DNA of 60,000 nucleotides from Malacoraja senta (lineage: Eukaryota). The notes beneath the pieces are model-generated. The model had not been told where the DNA came from, did no database searches, and saw only the letters and a program-made list of their open reading frames with translations. The translations under genes were made by a program, and so were the position numbers. The stretch is taken from contig CM075987.1 of assembly GCA_038087875.1 (NCBI GenBank), positions 22,136,001 through 22,196,000 on the forward strand, read 5' to 3'. Position 1 is the stretch's first letter. Every line of letters starts with the position of its first letter. Shown in pieces: positions 49,534-60,000 of this stretch.

Positions 49534-50073
49534 CAATAGACAATAGACAATAGGTGCAGGAGTAGGCCATTCGGCCCTTCGAGCCAGCACCGCCATTCAA
49601 TGTGATCATGGGTGATCATCCCCAATCAGTACCCCGTTCCTGCCTTCTCCCCATCTCCCCTGACTCCGCTATTTTTAAGAGCCATATCTAGCTCTCTCTT
49701 GAAAGCATCCAGAGAACCTGCCTCCACCGCCCTCTGAGGCAGAGAATTCCACAGACTCACAACTCTCTGTGAGAAAAAGTGTTTCCTCGTCTCCGTTCTA
49801 AATGGCTTACTCCTTATTCTTAAACTGTGGCCCCTGGTTCTGGACTCCCCCAACATCGGGAACATGTTTCCTGCCTCTTGCGTGTCCAAACCCTTAACAA
49901 TCTTATATGTTTCAATGAGATGCCCTCTCATCCTTCTAAACTCCAGAGTGTGCAAGCCCAGCTGCTCCATTCTCTCAGCATATGACAGTCCCGCCATCCC
50001 GGGAATTAACCTTGTAAACCTACGCTGCACTCCCTCAACCTACGCTGCACTCCCTCAACCTACGCTGCACTCC
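49534..50073 (-). mobile_element. CR1-type LINE 3' fragment, second subfamily
   Basis: QRRFTRLIPGMAGLSY...TRGHSLRI...VSLWNSLPQRAVEAGS. (TCTATTG)n tail. Triplicated 20-mer at the 5' junction. Confidence 0.92.
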
Positions 50074-51355
50074 ATCACATTCCCTAAAACAAGAAATTTT
50101 AACGAACTGTGAAAAATGTTAAACACTTGTGGATTATACCAATAGACCCAGTAGTTAGATAAAAATTAACCTATAAGTCATTGGTAAGCCTTTTATATAC
50201 CATTAGTTGAGTTGGGTTTCTCCTGTTGTTGAAGACTCAGTTGTGCAAAGTTTAAACAGGGTGAAAGCTGCAGCTTTAATCTCCACTTTGGCAGCATTGG
50301 CATCAAATCAGCACTTTGTACTAATTGCCATCATGATGCGCCTCGTTTGTGTGCTTCTAGCAGGCATTTTTGTCGTAAATGCTAATGTCTTCACTAATAT
50401 ACGGTCAGCTGTACTTACCACAAATGTCTGCTTGTACATTAGATGCCTAGTTGGAACCTATTTGGCATATGTAGTATCTAAATAATGGGCACTAAGGAGC
50501 TGTAACTTGTAACAAATGTTTTTGAATATTTAATTGACATCTAGAAGGGTTCCTGCCTCCAAAGAGAGTGGAGTGGCCACTCCTAAATTGCATTTAAATT
50601 TAAATAAGAATGATACTTAGTTGTAGAAATGATCCATGTCATCATCTGCTTAATGTAAGAACTAGGAGCAAAAAAACATTGGGTGCAATATTCCTTCCTC
50701 ATAACTACGTTAAAGGTTGACGTTAGCATATGTATGCATTAGTCTTTTAGATCAGTGGAAATATTTTATTGCCTATCAATCAGCAGTCTTCATTCAGCTC
50801 AGGGAACAGTTTCTGCATTGCTTGCACTTGCCTCTACTGGAAATTTTCATGCATGGTGTAGCTTTCTAGAGCCTAGACCTCCTGTATCTGAGCTTCCTCA
50901 GTGCTCTATATCATACCCAGACCAGTGCTAAACAGGACTTGTTTGCCATGCCCTCGATAGTGATGCATTGCTGAACTAATGGGAATTTTGGAACAGATCT
51001 TGTCATTTGATCACAATACTAGACACTGCTGTATACATCTGTAATGCAGGAAATGGCAGCATCACAGAATAATTAAAAGGGCAGTAGTTTAAATGGAAAA
51101 TCTTAGAGGTTCATATCTACTAATGTACTCCTTGATTTTTTTTATTGCCAATTTTATCACTGATATGTAAATTTCAAAAAAGGGCCTCCATCTCTTTCTA
51201 TGTAGTTGGTGAGGTTATTTGTGGAAAATACCCTTGTGGCAGTCAGCACAGCTCTATTCTGATACTGAGGGCTAGTTGGAGAGGAATGATGCAACATCAA
51301 ACTGATCTGAAGGTGCTCAACCCTTGAATTGTACTGCAGGCTGACAGCATCCTGT

Positions 51356-51491
51356 GGGGTGGGAGATTGCAACCTTCACGTGGTCCGTCGATGAATGCAA
51401 TCAACCTGGCATGCACAATCAAATAAGATCAAATAGAACAAGTTGTCCTACAACTTCAGGCTGTACACGCCATACGCAAGAAGAAGAAAAA
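51356..51491 (+). mobile_element. 136-bp non-autonomous retroposon (Ingi/Vingi-like tail) with HDV-like ribozyme remnant at the 5' end
   Basis: Perfect 13-bp TSD GACAGCATCCTGT at 51343-51355 and 51492-51504. 3' end gccatacgc(AAG)n-A. 5' pairings P2 GATTGCA/TGCAATC and P3 ACC/GGT around loop TTCACGT. Confidence 0.8.
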
Positions 51492-51869
51492 GACAGCATC
51501 CTGTCAGAGACTCGGACCTCCTGCTTTATAAATTTAAGATCATCCTGAATTCTGCTACACACACCATAAACCTGCACCAACTCTCCATTTTCTGTTCATT
51601 TCCATGCGAGCTTTCAATTCAGCACTACTGTACTTCATTAACAAAATGTTGTTATACAGTACCTTCCTTTAGCCATACAACGCTTCATAATCTCTACGTT
51701 CCCCAATTCTGGCCTCCAGCAAACCACTGATTTTTTTTTGTCTAACCATTCTTGCCTTCAACCCTTTCATCACCAAGTTCTTGAATTCCCTCCATAAACA
51801 TCTCTATTTTTTTCCCAAATCCATGAAAGACTTTTTAAAACCTACTTTTTTTCAAATCCTAATTTCTCC

Positions 51870-52155
51870 TTGTGTAGGAAGGAACTGCAGATGCTGGTTT
51901 AAACCAAGGATAGACACAAAATGCTGGAGTAACTCAGCGGGACAGGTAGCATCACTTGAGAGAAGGAATGGGTGATGTTTCGGGTCGAGACCTTGCATCA
52001 GGACTGAGAGTGTAAAGGCAAGATACCTGGTATAAATAGGTGAGAGGGAGGGATGAGCCAAGTCATAGATAGATCTTGAACCAAAACTTCGATTATCCCT
52101 TTGCTCCACAGATGCTGCCTGACGTAGTGAGTTCTTCCAGAAGCTTGTTTTTTGC
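51870..52155. mobile_element. PLE terminal-repeat fragments in inverted arrangement
   Basis: Minus copy 51870-52001 (antisense of ctgatgcaaggtctcgacccgaaac) plus a diverged plus-strand copy at ~52070-52155. Confidence 0.7.
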
Positions 52156-52525
52156 CCTTTTATCTTCTCCCTTCCTCGTGGACGGACACAAAACATTCTG
52201 TTTTGTCAAATGTTGATGTACTTGTCCTTTCAATTTAGTTTACTGTATTAGTTGCTCGAATTGCAGTCTCTGCAAAGAAACAGTGTCCCCATTTTCCTGA
52301 GCACTTTCATTCATTCTGCAGACATGACCCCAAGCTTTCAATTTCCTGCAGTTTGATTTGTCTGATTCACACCTACTCCCAACCCGTCTGACCTTGACCT
52401 CCTTCACTTGACCATACTAGTGAAGTTTCATTAAAAGTCACGGTATAGGGCATCAATAGGCACATTACACTTTTCCAAATTCAACATTGTGTTCAGCTTT
52501 TTGAGATCATAGCTGCTTTCTTTTC

Positions 52526-54116
52526 TTTTTTTTTTTTTTTGAAAATATTTTTTATTGGAAATAAGTACACAACATATTATCATCATTACCAGTCTTACAT
52601 TTTTAAATTGATAATATTGTCAATTATTATTACACTGTCTCCAATACCTTTTGCCTTTTTTTGTTTTTTTTAAACTAGATAGAACTAAAAAGATAGATGA
52701 AGTAAAGAAAGAAAAGAGAAAGAAAAAAACAAAACAAAAAACCCCCCAAAAAAACCCAAAACAAAAACAAAAACAAAAAAAGAAAACAGAAAAGAAAAAG
52801 ATAGTTAAAGAAGAATGGAAAAATTTATTAAGATAAAAAACTTCGTTCGAGATATATTCGTACATTTCAGAGTATAACATTTCATCCATTCTTTAGCCCG
52901 AGTGTTAGTCAGGTTCCTGTGCTGAACCATTCTGACCCTTTAAATAATCAATAAAGGGAGACCATGTTCCAACGAATAATTCCTGTTTGTCCAACAGGGA
53001 AAATCTGATTCTTTCCACATTTAAGGTCTCCGTCATTTCTATAATCCACATTTTGATTGTGGGGGTTATAGGGCCTTTCCAAAATTTTAGAATTAATTTT
53101 TTTCCCGTTATTATACTATAATCAATAAAGTTTCTTTGTGTTGTTGTAAATGTTTGATTTAATTCTAATGTTCCGAGTATTATTAATTTTGGATCCGGGT
53201 CCAATTGTGTGCTGGTCACTTTAGATATTATACTGAAAATACTTACCCAGAATTTTTAAATTTTTATACAGTTTGCAAACATATGAGATAAGTTAGCTTC
53301 TAAATGTTGACATTTATCACATATAGGTGAGATATGTTGAAAGATTTTATGTAATTTTGTTTTTGAATAATGTAACCTATGTATTACTTTAAATTGTATT
53401 AAAGAATGTCTGGCATTTAATGAACATTGATGTATGTGTTGTAAACTTTCTTCCCAAGTATCTTTCGTTATTATTTGATTTAATTCTTTTTCCCATGTTT
53501 GTCTGTGTAAGTCCGTCGATGGAATGTCACTGTCTAATAAAATATTATATATATAAGATATTAATTTTTCTGTATTAGGATGTTTATTCCAACATTCATC
53601 AAGAATTTCTGAATTTCTAATTCGAAAATTTTGAGTATTCGATTTTACATAATCTCTGAGTTGAAGGTATCTGAAAAAATCATTTCCTCGAAGTCCATAA
53701 GTCTGTTGCAACTCCTGAAATGTAAGAAAAGTGCCTTCCTTGTAAAGTTGTCCCATATTTTTAATTCCATAATTCTTCCATTGTGTAAAATCCCTGTCCA
53801 ACCATGAGGGCTTAAACAAAGGGTTATTCACAATTGGAAGAAAAAGTGATGTTATCTAATTTTAATGTCTTTTTTAATTGTTTCCAAATTCGTATAGCAC
53901 TAAATATTATAGGGTTTTCCATATACATTTTTTTGTTTAATTTAGACGTAGCAAATAATATCGAGCCAATATCAAAAGGTAAACAATCTTCCTTTTCCAT
54001 TTTTAACCAATCTGGTTGTTGATCTATTTCTTCCAACCAGAAATTCATATTTTTAATATTAACTGCCCAAAAATAAAACAGAAAGTTTGTTTTTTGGGCA
54101 GTTAATATTAAAAATA
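52526..54116 (-). mobile_element. 5'-truncated L1 LINE (ORF2 C-terminus, 3' UTR, poly(A))
   Basis: FFRYLQLRDYV, ARHSLIQFKVIHRLHYS...ICDKC.....LSHMFANC zinc knuckle, KKLILKFWK. AATAAA and poly(A). 12-bp TSD TGCTTTCTTTTC at 52514-52525 and 54117-54128 with a TT|GAAAA nick-like site. Confidence 0.92.
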
Positions 54117-54851
54117 TGCTTTCTTTTCAACAGAAAATAATACATGTTTTAAGATTCTGCAATTCCATTTTCACCTCTTTTAGACCCATCTCTTTTAATT
54201 GTCACATTACTGATTCCAATTGCTTTGCACAATTGTCCCATTTTGTCATTTTGTCTCTCCTGCCATTCATAATACCATGGACCTATATTGTTCAAATCAG
54301 TCACATCTCTAACTTTTCCCAGTTCTGTCAAATGCTCAACTTGAAACATACTGGCTTTTTGCTCCACATATGTTGCCTGGGTGCTGAGTATTTCAACGTT
54401 TCTCTGTATTATCAGAGATTATAATGTTTTTAATAGAATTTAATTGTGAGATATTGATCTATTCCCGTTATTATCTCACCCACATAAACAGTTTATAATT
54501 TTGTGACACGTGTTATTATGTAGAAGTGAATTAATAGAGTATTTTCTCCTTACAATAATTTGTTAATCTATTTTACAGAAAATTAGCTTTATCACTCATG
54601 ATTAAAAAGTTAAATGTAATTAAACATTTTTAGTTGGAGAAAAGAAATACAACCTTGTAGAGAAACCTTGACTGCTTTAGTCACAAGTCTTTTGCTGGTC
54701 CTCTTTCAGAAGGTGCAGATTATTGCTGGATTATGTTTTCCTGGGTGCTAAAAGGCTTTCATCCTAGAAATTGAATAGTGTGATAAACAGTGCACCAAGA
54801 GACACTTTGTATGAGGCCCACCACTGCATAATTCAGTAGCACATAAGGTCA

Positions 54852-55125
54852 GGTCGGGGTGAGTTCCCCCCGCCACGGGTGCCATGTAATCCCCTGCTAC
54901 CTGCTTCATGGTCGGATAGTTGGTGACTAAACCGTCTCCCCCAACTAGTTTGCCAGGTGAGGAGGGGGCTGTGGACCCCCAGCAGGACCAAAAACAAGAC
55001 CTGTCAAAGCGCGGATGAGCTCCTAGCGAGCCAACGGCCATCCACACTTCAGTAGAAGTTGCGATCGCTGTCGCACATAGCATTGTACGGCACCGTGCCC
55101 GTTGATGTTTTCAATGATGATGATG
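54852..55125 (+). mobile_element. 274-bp GC-rich non-autonomous retroposon with (GAT)n tail
   Basis: TSD ACATAAGG(T/C)CA at 54841-54851 and 55126-55136. Tail tgatgatgatga. No clear Pol III boxes. Confidence 0.7.
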
Positions 55126-55144
55126 ACATAAGGCCAAAGGAATG

Positions 55145-55393
55145 TAATAATAATAATAATAATGAATTTTATTTATGGGCGCCTTATACCGAGGTCTCAA
55201 GGACACCTTACAGAGATTTATAGGAAACATATAATCAGAATTTAAAAAAATAAGTTATAAAGACCAATACACAAATCAGGGACAGAATTCCTTCCAAAAA
55301 CACAAAAAAGAAAATCAGAAGCACAATTTGAGGAGAGAGCAGCGGCAACGAAACCGCGCCAGCGTCCACTCTCCCCTCCGACCGCCATCTTGA
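55145..55393 (-). mobile_element. Short bipartite retroposon: YY1-type 5' end plus L2-like tail
   Basis: Minus strand starts TCAAGATGGCGG and ends tgtaaggtgtccttgag...aaggcgcccataaataaaa(tta)n. Confidence 0.6.
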
Positions 55394-55439
55394 ACACAGA
55401 CTAACAAATACAATTACAATGTACTCCTCACAGAGAATA

Positions 55440-55818
55440 GTGTAGAACAGTAACTGGCCCATTGGCCCACTATATCTGTACCAAGCTTGATGCCAAACAA
55501 ACCGACCCCATCTGCTTGCAAATGATCTGTCTGCCTCCATTCCCCACCTATTCATGTGTACAACTAAGCAATGCTTTTGTATTTCTACACGATCATTCCT
55601 TCTTTCCAGAGATGCTGCCAGTCCGTTGAGTTACTCCAGCATTTTGTGTCTATCTTTGGTTTAAACCAGCATCTGCAGTTCCTTCCCACACAATGCTTTT
55701 GTATTTGCTTCCACCGCCTTCCCTGATAGAGCATTCCAGGCACCTACCACTCTCTGTGTAAAAAAAAACCATGCCTAACAAATCCTTCTTCAACGTCTCC
55801 CCCTCACCTTAAACCCAT
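55440..55818 (-). mobile_element. CR1-type LINE 3' remnant carrying a TSD-flanked PLE mini-element (55585-55690)
   Basis: gcattccaggcacctaccactctctgtgt is antisense to the RVV..WN region. The insert is flanked by the 16-bp TSD CAATGCTTTTGTATTT (55569-55584 / 55691-55706). Confidence 0.75.
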
Positions 55819-58800
55819 GGAGGGGGCGGGTGGAGAAACCTGGAAGAGAGAAGGGGCAGAACAAAGCCTGGTGAGTGATAGGTGAGGAATGTTTTTGAGA
55901 GGCAGAGGGTTGGACAAAGGCCAGAGACAAAAGATGTGAGATAAGGATAGAAGAGCTACGAATTGTGAAGGCAGAGGAAGGAAGATACGTGGGAGGGGAA
56001 GAGGAAGGGCAGATTGGTGAGGTGGTGTCTCATGTGGTAGATTGGTAAACAGTAATGTAGAAGAAAACTTTGGGGTGCTTCAAATGTAGGTAAATTGAAG
56101 TAGATATAGGAGCTGTGATCAGCTAGTGGTGGGAAGAAGGGCACAGACAGCTGGTTTGATGACCTATCTGCAGTTGGTTTTGATCTGGACACCATGGTCT
56201 CCTCGAACACAAGGTTTGCTTCCTGCATGATCGGTGAATGCCATCTGCAGATGAAGTGTGTAAGATCCAAAAGCCTGAAATACTGCACACTGTTGGATGC
56301 TACCACATACGCTGAAGGGCCATCTTATTCGCAGACACTTCAGATACAAAGAAGGCCTGAGGAGTTTGCAGTGCCCATTATTCTTTCTGATTGTTTTTTT
56401 TCAATTGTCATTGAAATGCATAGCACACAAATCGAATACAATGTAATCCAATTTATAGGCATCGATATCTTGCCTGCGTGACCATTCTATATCTGTCATC
56501 TTGGACTGGAAGTAATTGAAAATTATTTAATTGTGGAATTCATTCAGAGTAAGCCGTGGTTCTGCCCAAATCTGTATAGTTTTAAATGAATTATTGGATA
56601 GTGATCACAAGGTAAAAACACTGCAGATTTATTGCAACTTCACACCTAGGGATGCTGAGACCAATCGGAACAATCCTGCTGTTTCACTAAATTATCTCAC
56701 TCAGCAAAGTCTCTAACATTCAATATGGCCCGTAGTAACATATTGTATTTTCAAAATGAAAACAGAACATATGTCTTGACTGGACAATGCTGGGGTTTAT
56801 GCTCCATATAAACATATAAGACAACGTAGTACATCGCGCATGCTTCCTTCATCAGTTCAACCTCTATTCATCCTGAACTCTTTTGACGTCACCTTCCGTT
56901 TTCATAAGCAAGCATCTCCTTCATTGAGTTCCATGGAGTTGGCACAAAAATATTTGATCTTACTGACTGATCAAAGGACTTGGATCGCAGGTTGTTAACA
57001 TTCATTTTGCAGCTTTTGATTGCCATGTACTTGAGGTAGGAAGACTGAGGCTTGTCAATTGGCAGAGACTAAAATGGCCCTGGTGATGTGCTCTAGATAT
57101 GTGATAACCCACATCAAGCATTAACATCTTAAATGATGCATTAATAACTAGGAAGAATATATCAGTCATAAAGATATAAGTAAAGAAAGAGGCCACGAGA
57201 CCATTGTACCTGAACAGCTGAATCAAAGCCATCTCACATAATTTCGAGATTGTATTTTTAACATTAGGATTGTTACCTGTACCAATTTTTGAGGCAGCAA
57301 GTTCCAGGCTTCCACTACACCCAGTGAAAAAATTATCTTCATTTTACTTCAGTAATCCTTTTACCAATTAATTAACATTTATTCCCCTACTTTTGACCTT
57401 CTGTGAAGAGAAATTGTTGCGCCCTTTCCAGTGAATTTATATTGTTCAGCACTGCTTTCTTTTGCATAATTAGTGCATTCAGGATAACTTGTTATTAGAA
57501 AATCATACAGCACAGGAGACCACCTGTCTCATCACACATATGTCAGCTCATTGAAAGAACTATTGTCCCATTACCTTATTTTTTTACATCAAACTACTTC
57601 AGAAGAAGTTCATCTAAAGCCATTACTTGTTTTCCAAACACCTTTCATATGCAAGAACATAAAATGGTGGAAACTGTAATCAGATCAGGCAGTATCTGCA
57701 GAAAAACAAAAAGATATTTCAAACCAAAGACCTTTCATCAGAACTGTCTCTTGCTGGACTTATGTTGTACTAGCTAGAGAGTTGTCTCAGCTGCATTTTG
57801 TGTACTGAAGACCTTTTCTCAGTGATTTAAGCCCAATTAGAATTGTTGAAATTTGAAGCAGTTCTGATATTTGTCTTTGGTCTCAAATATTAACTCTTTT
57901 TCTCTTTCCATAGATGATTTAGTTTCAGATTTCTATTATCTGCAGTTTATTGGATTTTCGCAACTGTCTTATATATATGTACATGGAAAATGGCTAAAGT
58001 CATTGACAAAGATTTGAAAAATCAAACACAAAAAAGGCTAATAGAAATAAATAAGATAGTGGGTGTTGAGCCATGGAGGATGTGAATTGGATGGCTAAAG
58101 GGTTTGGGATCAACGGGGTTACAAAATTAGAGTAACAAATATCTGTACCTCACCTTAGTAGTGCATATGACAACAACCTCAACTTGACTTGGCTCATCTT
58201 CATCTTCTGTAGCTATCAGATTTTCCAAGGCCTGGCTTTCCAAACACTCTGAACTGTCCAAACATTTCTTGGAATTGAATAAAATCTCTACAGGTACTAG
58301 TGAGAGTAATTCAGTTGATATCTTTATCTTCAGTATTCAGGAGATTATGCACATTAAGTCACAGATCGACCTCACGAGGTGTGAAATCAAGGCAGTTTTG
58401 CTGTACTTGGAGACCAGTCATCCAATTTGGTTTCAATACATGAAACACTGTATCTGCGTACATCATTCGATAAAACATACCAGAACAGGTCAAACAGAAT
58501 TAGTAATCCATGAGAGAGAGAAAATCTCAGGTACAAAGTCCTACTAAAATGTTGAAACGTATTGGGACTCCTCTGCATTTGTTCCATTTTACTATCCAAC
58601 AAATGTAGCCAAGATCAGTTCAGCACATGGGAAACTGGAAGTACAGGAGCATGGAATGCAACATCTTGAAGGGCAACTACATTGGTCCATGTGAAAACCT
58701 ATAAGTAAAATCTTGCTTTTAAAGTGAATGACATTAAAAGAAGGAAATTATTTTTTTGCTAGATAATGGATGTTCTCACAGTGCTTTAAAGGCATTGTTC

Positions 58801-58901
58801 ATTGTGGAATTTTGTCATATATACATAGGAAATGCCAAGTGGAACATGTTTCTCTGCCAAAGAGCAATTCTCAACTGGACAGTATTCAGGGAATTAATAA
58901 T

Positions 58902-59218
58902 GGGCAGTCACGCAGTGGTAGAATTGCTGCCTTACAGCGAATGCAGCGCCGGAGACCCGGGTTCGATCCTGACTACGGGAGCTGTCTGTACGGAGTTTGT
59001 ACGTTCGCCCCGTGATCTGCGTGAGTTTTCTCCGAGATCTTCGGTTTCCTCCCACACTCTAAAGACGTACAGGTTTGTAGTTTAATTGGCTTGGTAAATG
59101 TTAAAATTGTCCCTAGTGGGTGTAGGATAGTGTTAATGTGCGGGGATCGCTGGTCGGCGTGGACTCGGTGGGCCGAGGGCCTATTTCCGCGTTGTATCTC
59201 TAAACTAAACTAAACTAA
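58902..59218 (+). mobile_element. tRNA-derived V-SINE (HE1-like)
   Basis: B box GGTTCGATCC, V-domain-like core and (TAAAC)n tail; homologous to 3364-3676. Confidence 0.9.
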
Positions 59219-59642
59219 TATGAAATTAATATAGCCTTGGCATCCTGGGATGGGGAAGAGATACATTAGTCTTATCTTCTTTCTAGATTATGGTTGGTCA
59301 TAGAACAAGTACAAGATAGAGTTCAGCGTGACGACATTTGAGAATGTTCAAAGGACAAATTTAATCAAATAGGCATCTTGGGGCACCAAAAGGTCATCAG
59401 TGATTTAAAAGAAAAATGAAAACTAGAAATTCATCTGTGCTTTTTTTAGATAATAAGATATTGCATATTTCTCTATTGCTGTTTGACAAACAGCATTGTC
59501 TGGCTCCTTGGTGTAACATCGTACTGTTTTAGAAACAGCAAATGTAACTGAAAACTCTGGTTGAATTTCTAGCAGCTACTCGCATTTACACATGCAGACA
59601 TCAGACAGTACTGAAAGCCACAGGTGCCAAGTCCAGTCTCCC

Positions 59643-59780
59643 AAGTCAAGTCAAGTCAAGTCAAGTCAGGTTTATTCGTCACATACACATACGAGATGTG
59701 CAGTGAAATGAAAAGTGGCGATGCTCGCGGATTTGTGCAAAAAAACGACAAAACAGAATGGAACAGAATCACATATTCCC
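59643..59780 (-). mobile_element. LINE 3' tail (Rex1-type) with (TTGAC)n
   Basis: (caagt)n followed by tttattcgtcacatacac...gcagtgaaatg. Confidence 0.55.
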
Positions 59781-60000
59781 AAGCAGTGGAGACTATTGTT
59801 CCCAATGCTATGTGCTTCTGGAGAGTAGACATCATTGCTCCCAGATTGAGTGAGAGGCTTCTGGAGCACATCATCTGTTGGACGCAAGTATCGTGCCTAA
59901 AGGGGGCTACACTGACCCTGCAGATCTAACTCCAGGCCATTTTGGAAGCATGTTGCTAAGAAAAGAGGTTCCTCACTCTGCTGACCAGCATCACAAAAAA

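Noticed and set aside
52620..52889. Lys-rich and Phe-rich ORFs
   Set aside because: They come from the low-complexity A/T-rich L1 3' UTR.
54852..54970. Possible HDV-like ribozyme (ACC/GGT stem, CTAA motif)
   Set aside because: P1 and P2 could not be paired consistently in the required order, unlike 51356-51402.

Overview
AT-rich eukaryotic vertebrate-type DNA, mostly intronic or intergenic and dominated by transposable elements. The repeat set (HE1-like V-SINEs, HER1/CR1-like LINE 3' ends, Rex1/Babar LINEs, Neptune-type Penelope-like elements) suggests a cartilaginous fish such as a skate or ray; this is an inference. No complete host gene is visible, only two candidate + strand exons (23519-23602, 44860-44920). 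The clearest elements are: a full-length Passport-like Tc1 transposon broken only by two nonsense codons (1394-3008); a near-full-length Neptune-type Penelope-like element (PLE, ~7866-11790); a nested Rex1 LINE stack (13341-17960); a non-autonomous Helitron with canonical ends carrying a 48-bp minisatellite, a (CTCTCC)n tract and a duplicated 5' module (25796-28462); a hAT-type element (42840-44016); and a 5'-truncated L1 with target-site duplication (TSD) and a fold-back 5' end (52526-54116). The most notable non-coding signals are two ribozyme-linked mini-retroposon systems. One is a 136-bp TSD-flanked element whose 5' end has HDV/CPEB3-like ribozyme architecture (51356-51491). The other is a set of ~105-125-bp TSD-flanked PLE-terminus elements, two of which begin at a minimal hammerhead core. 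Most ORFs in the supplied track are TE fragments, antisense shadows or repeat artefacts. Family names come from recognising motifs by eye, not from database searches.
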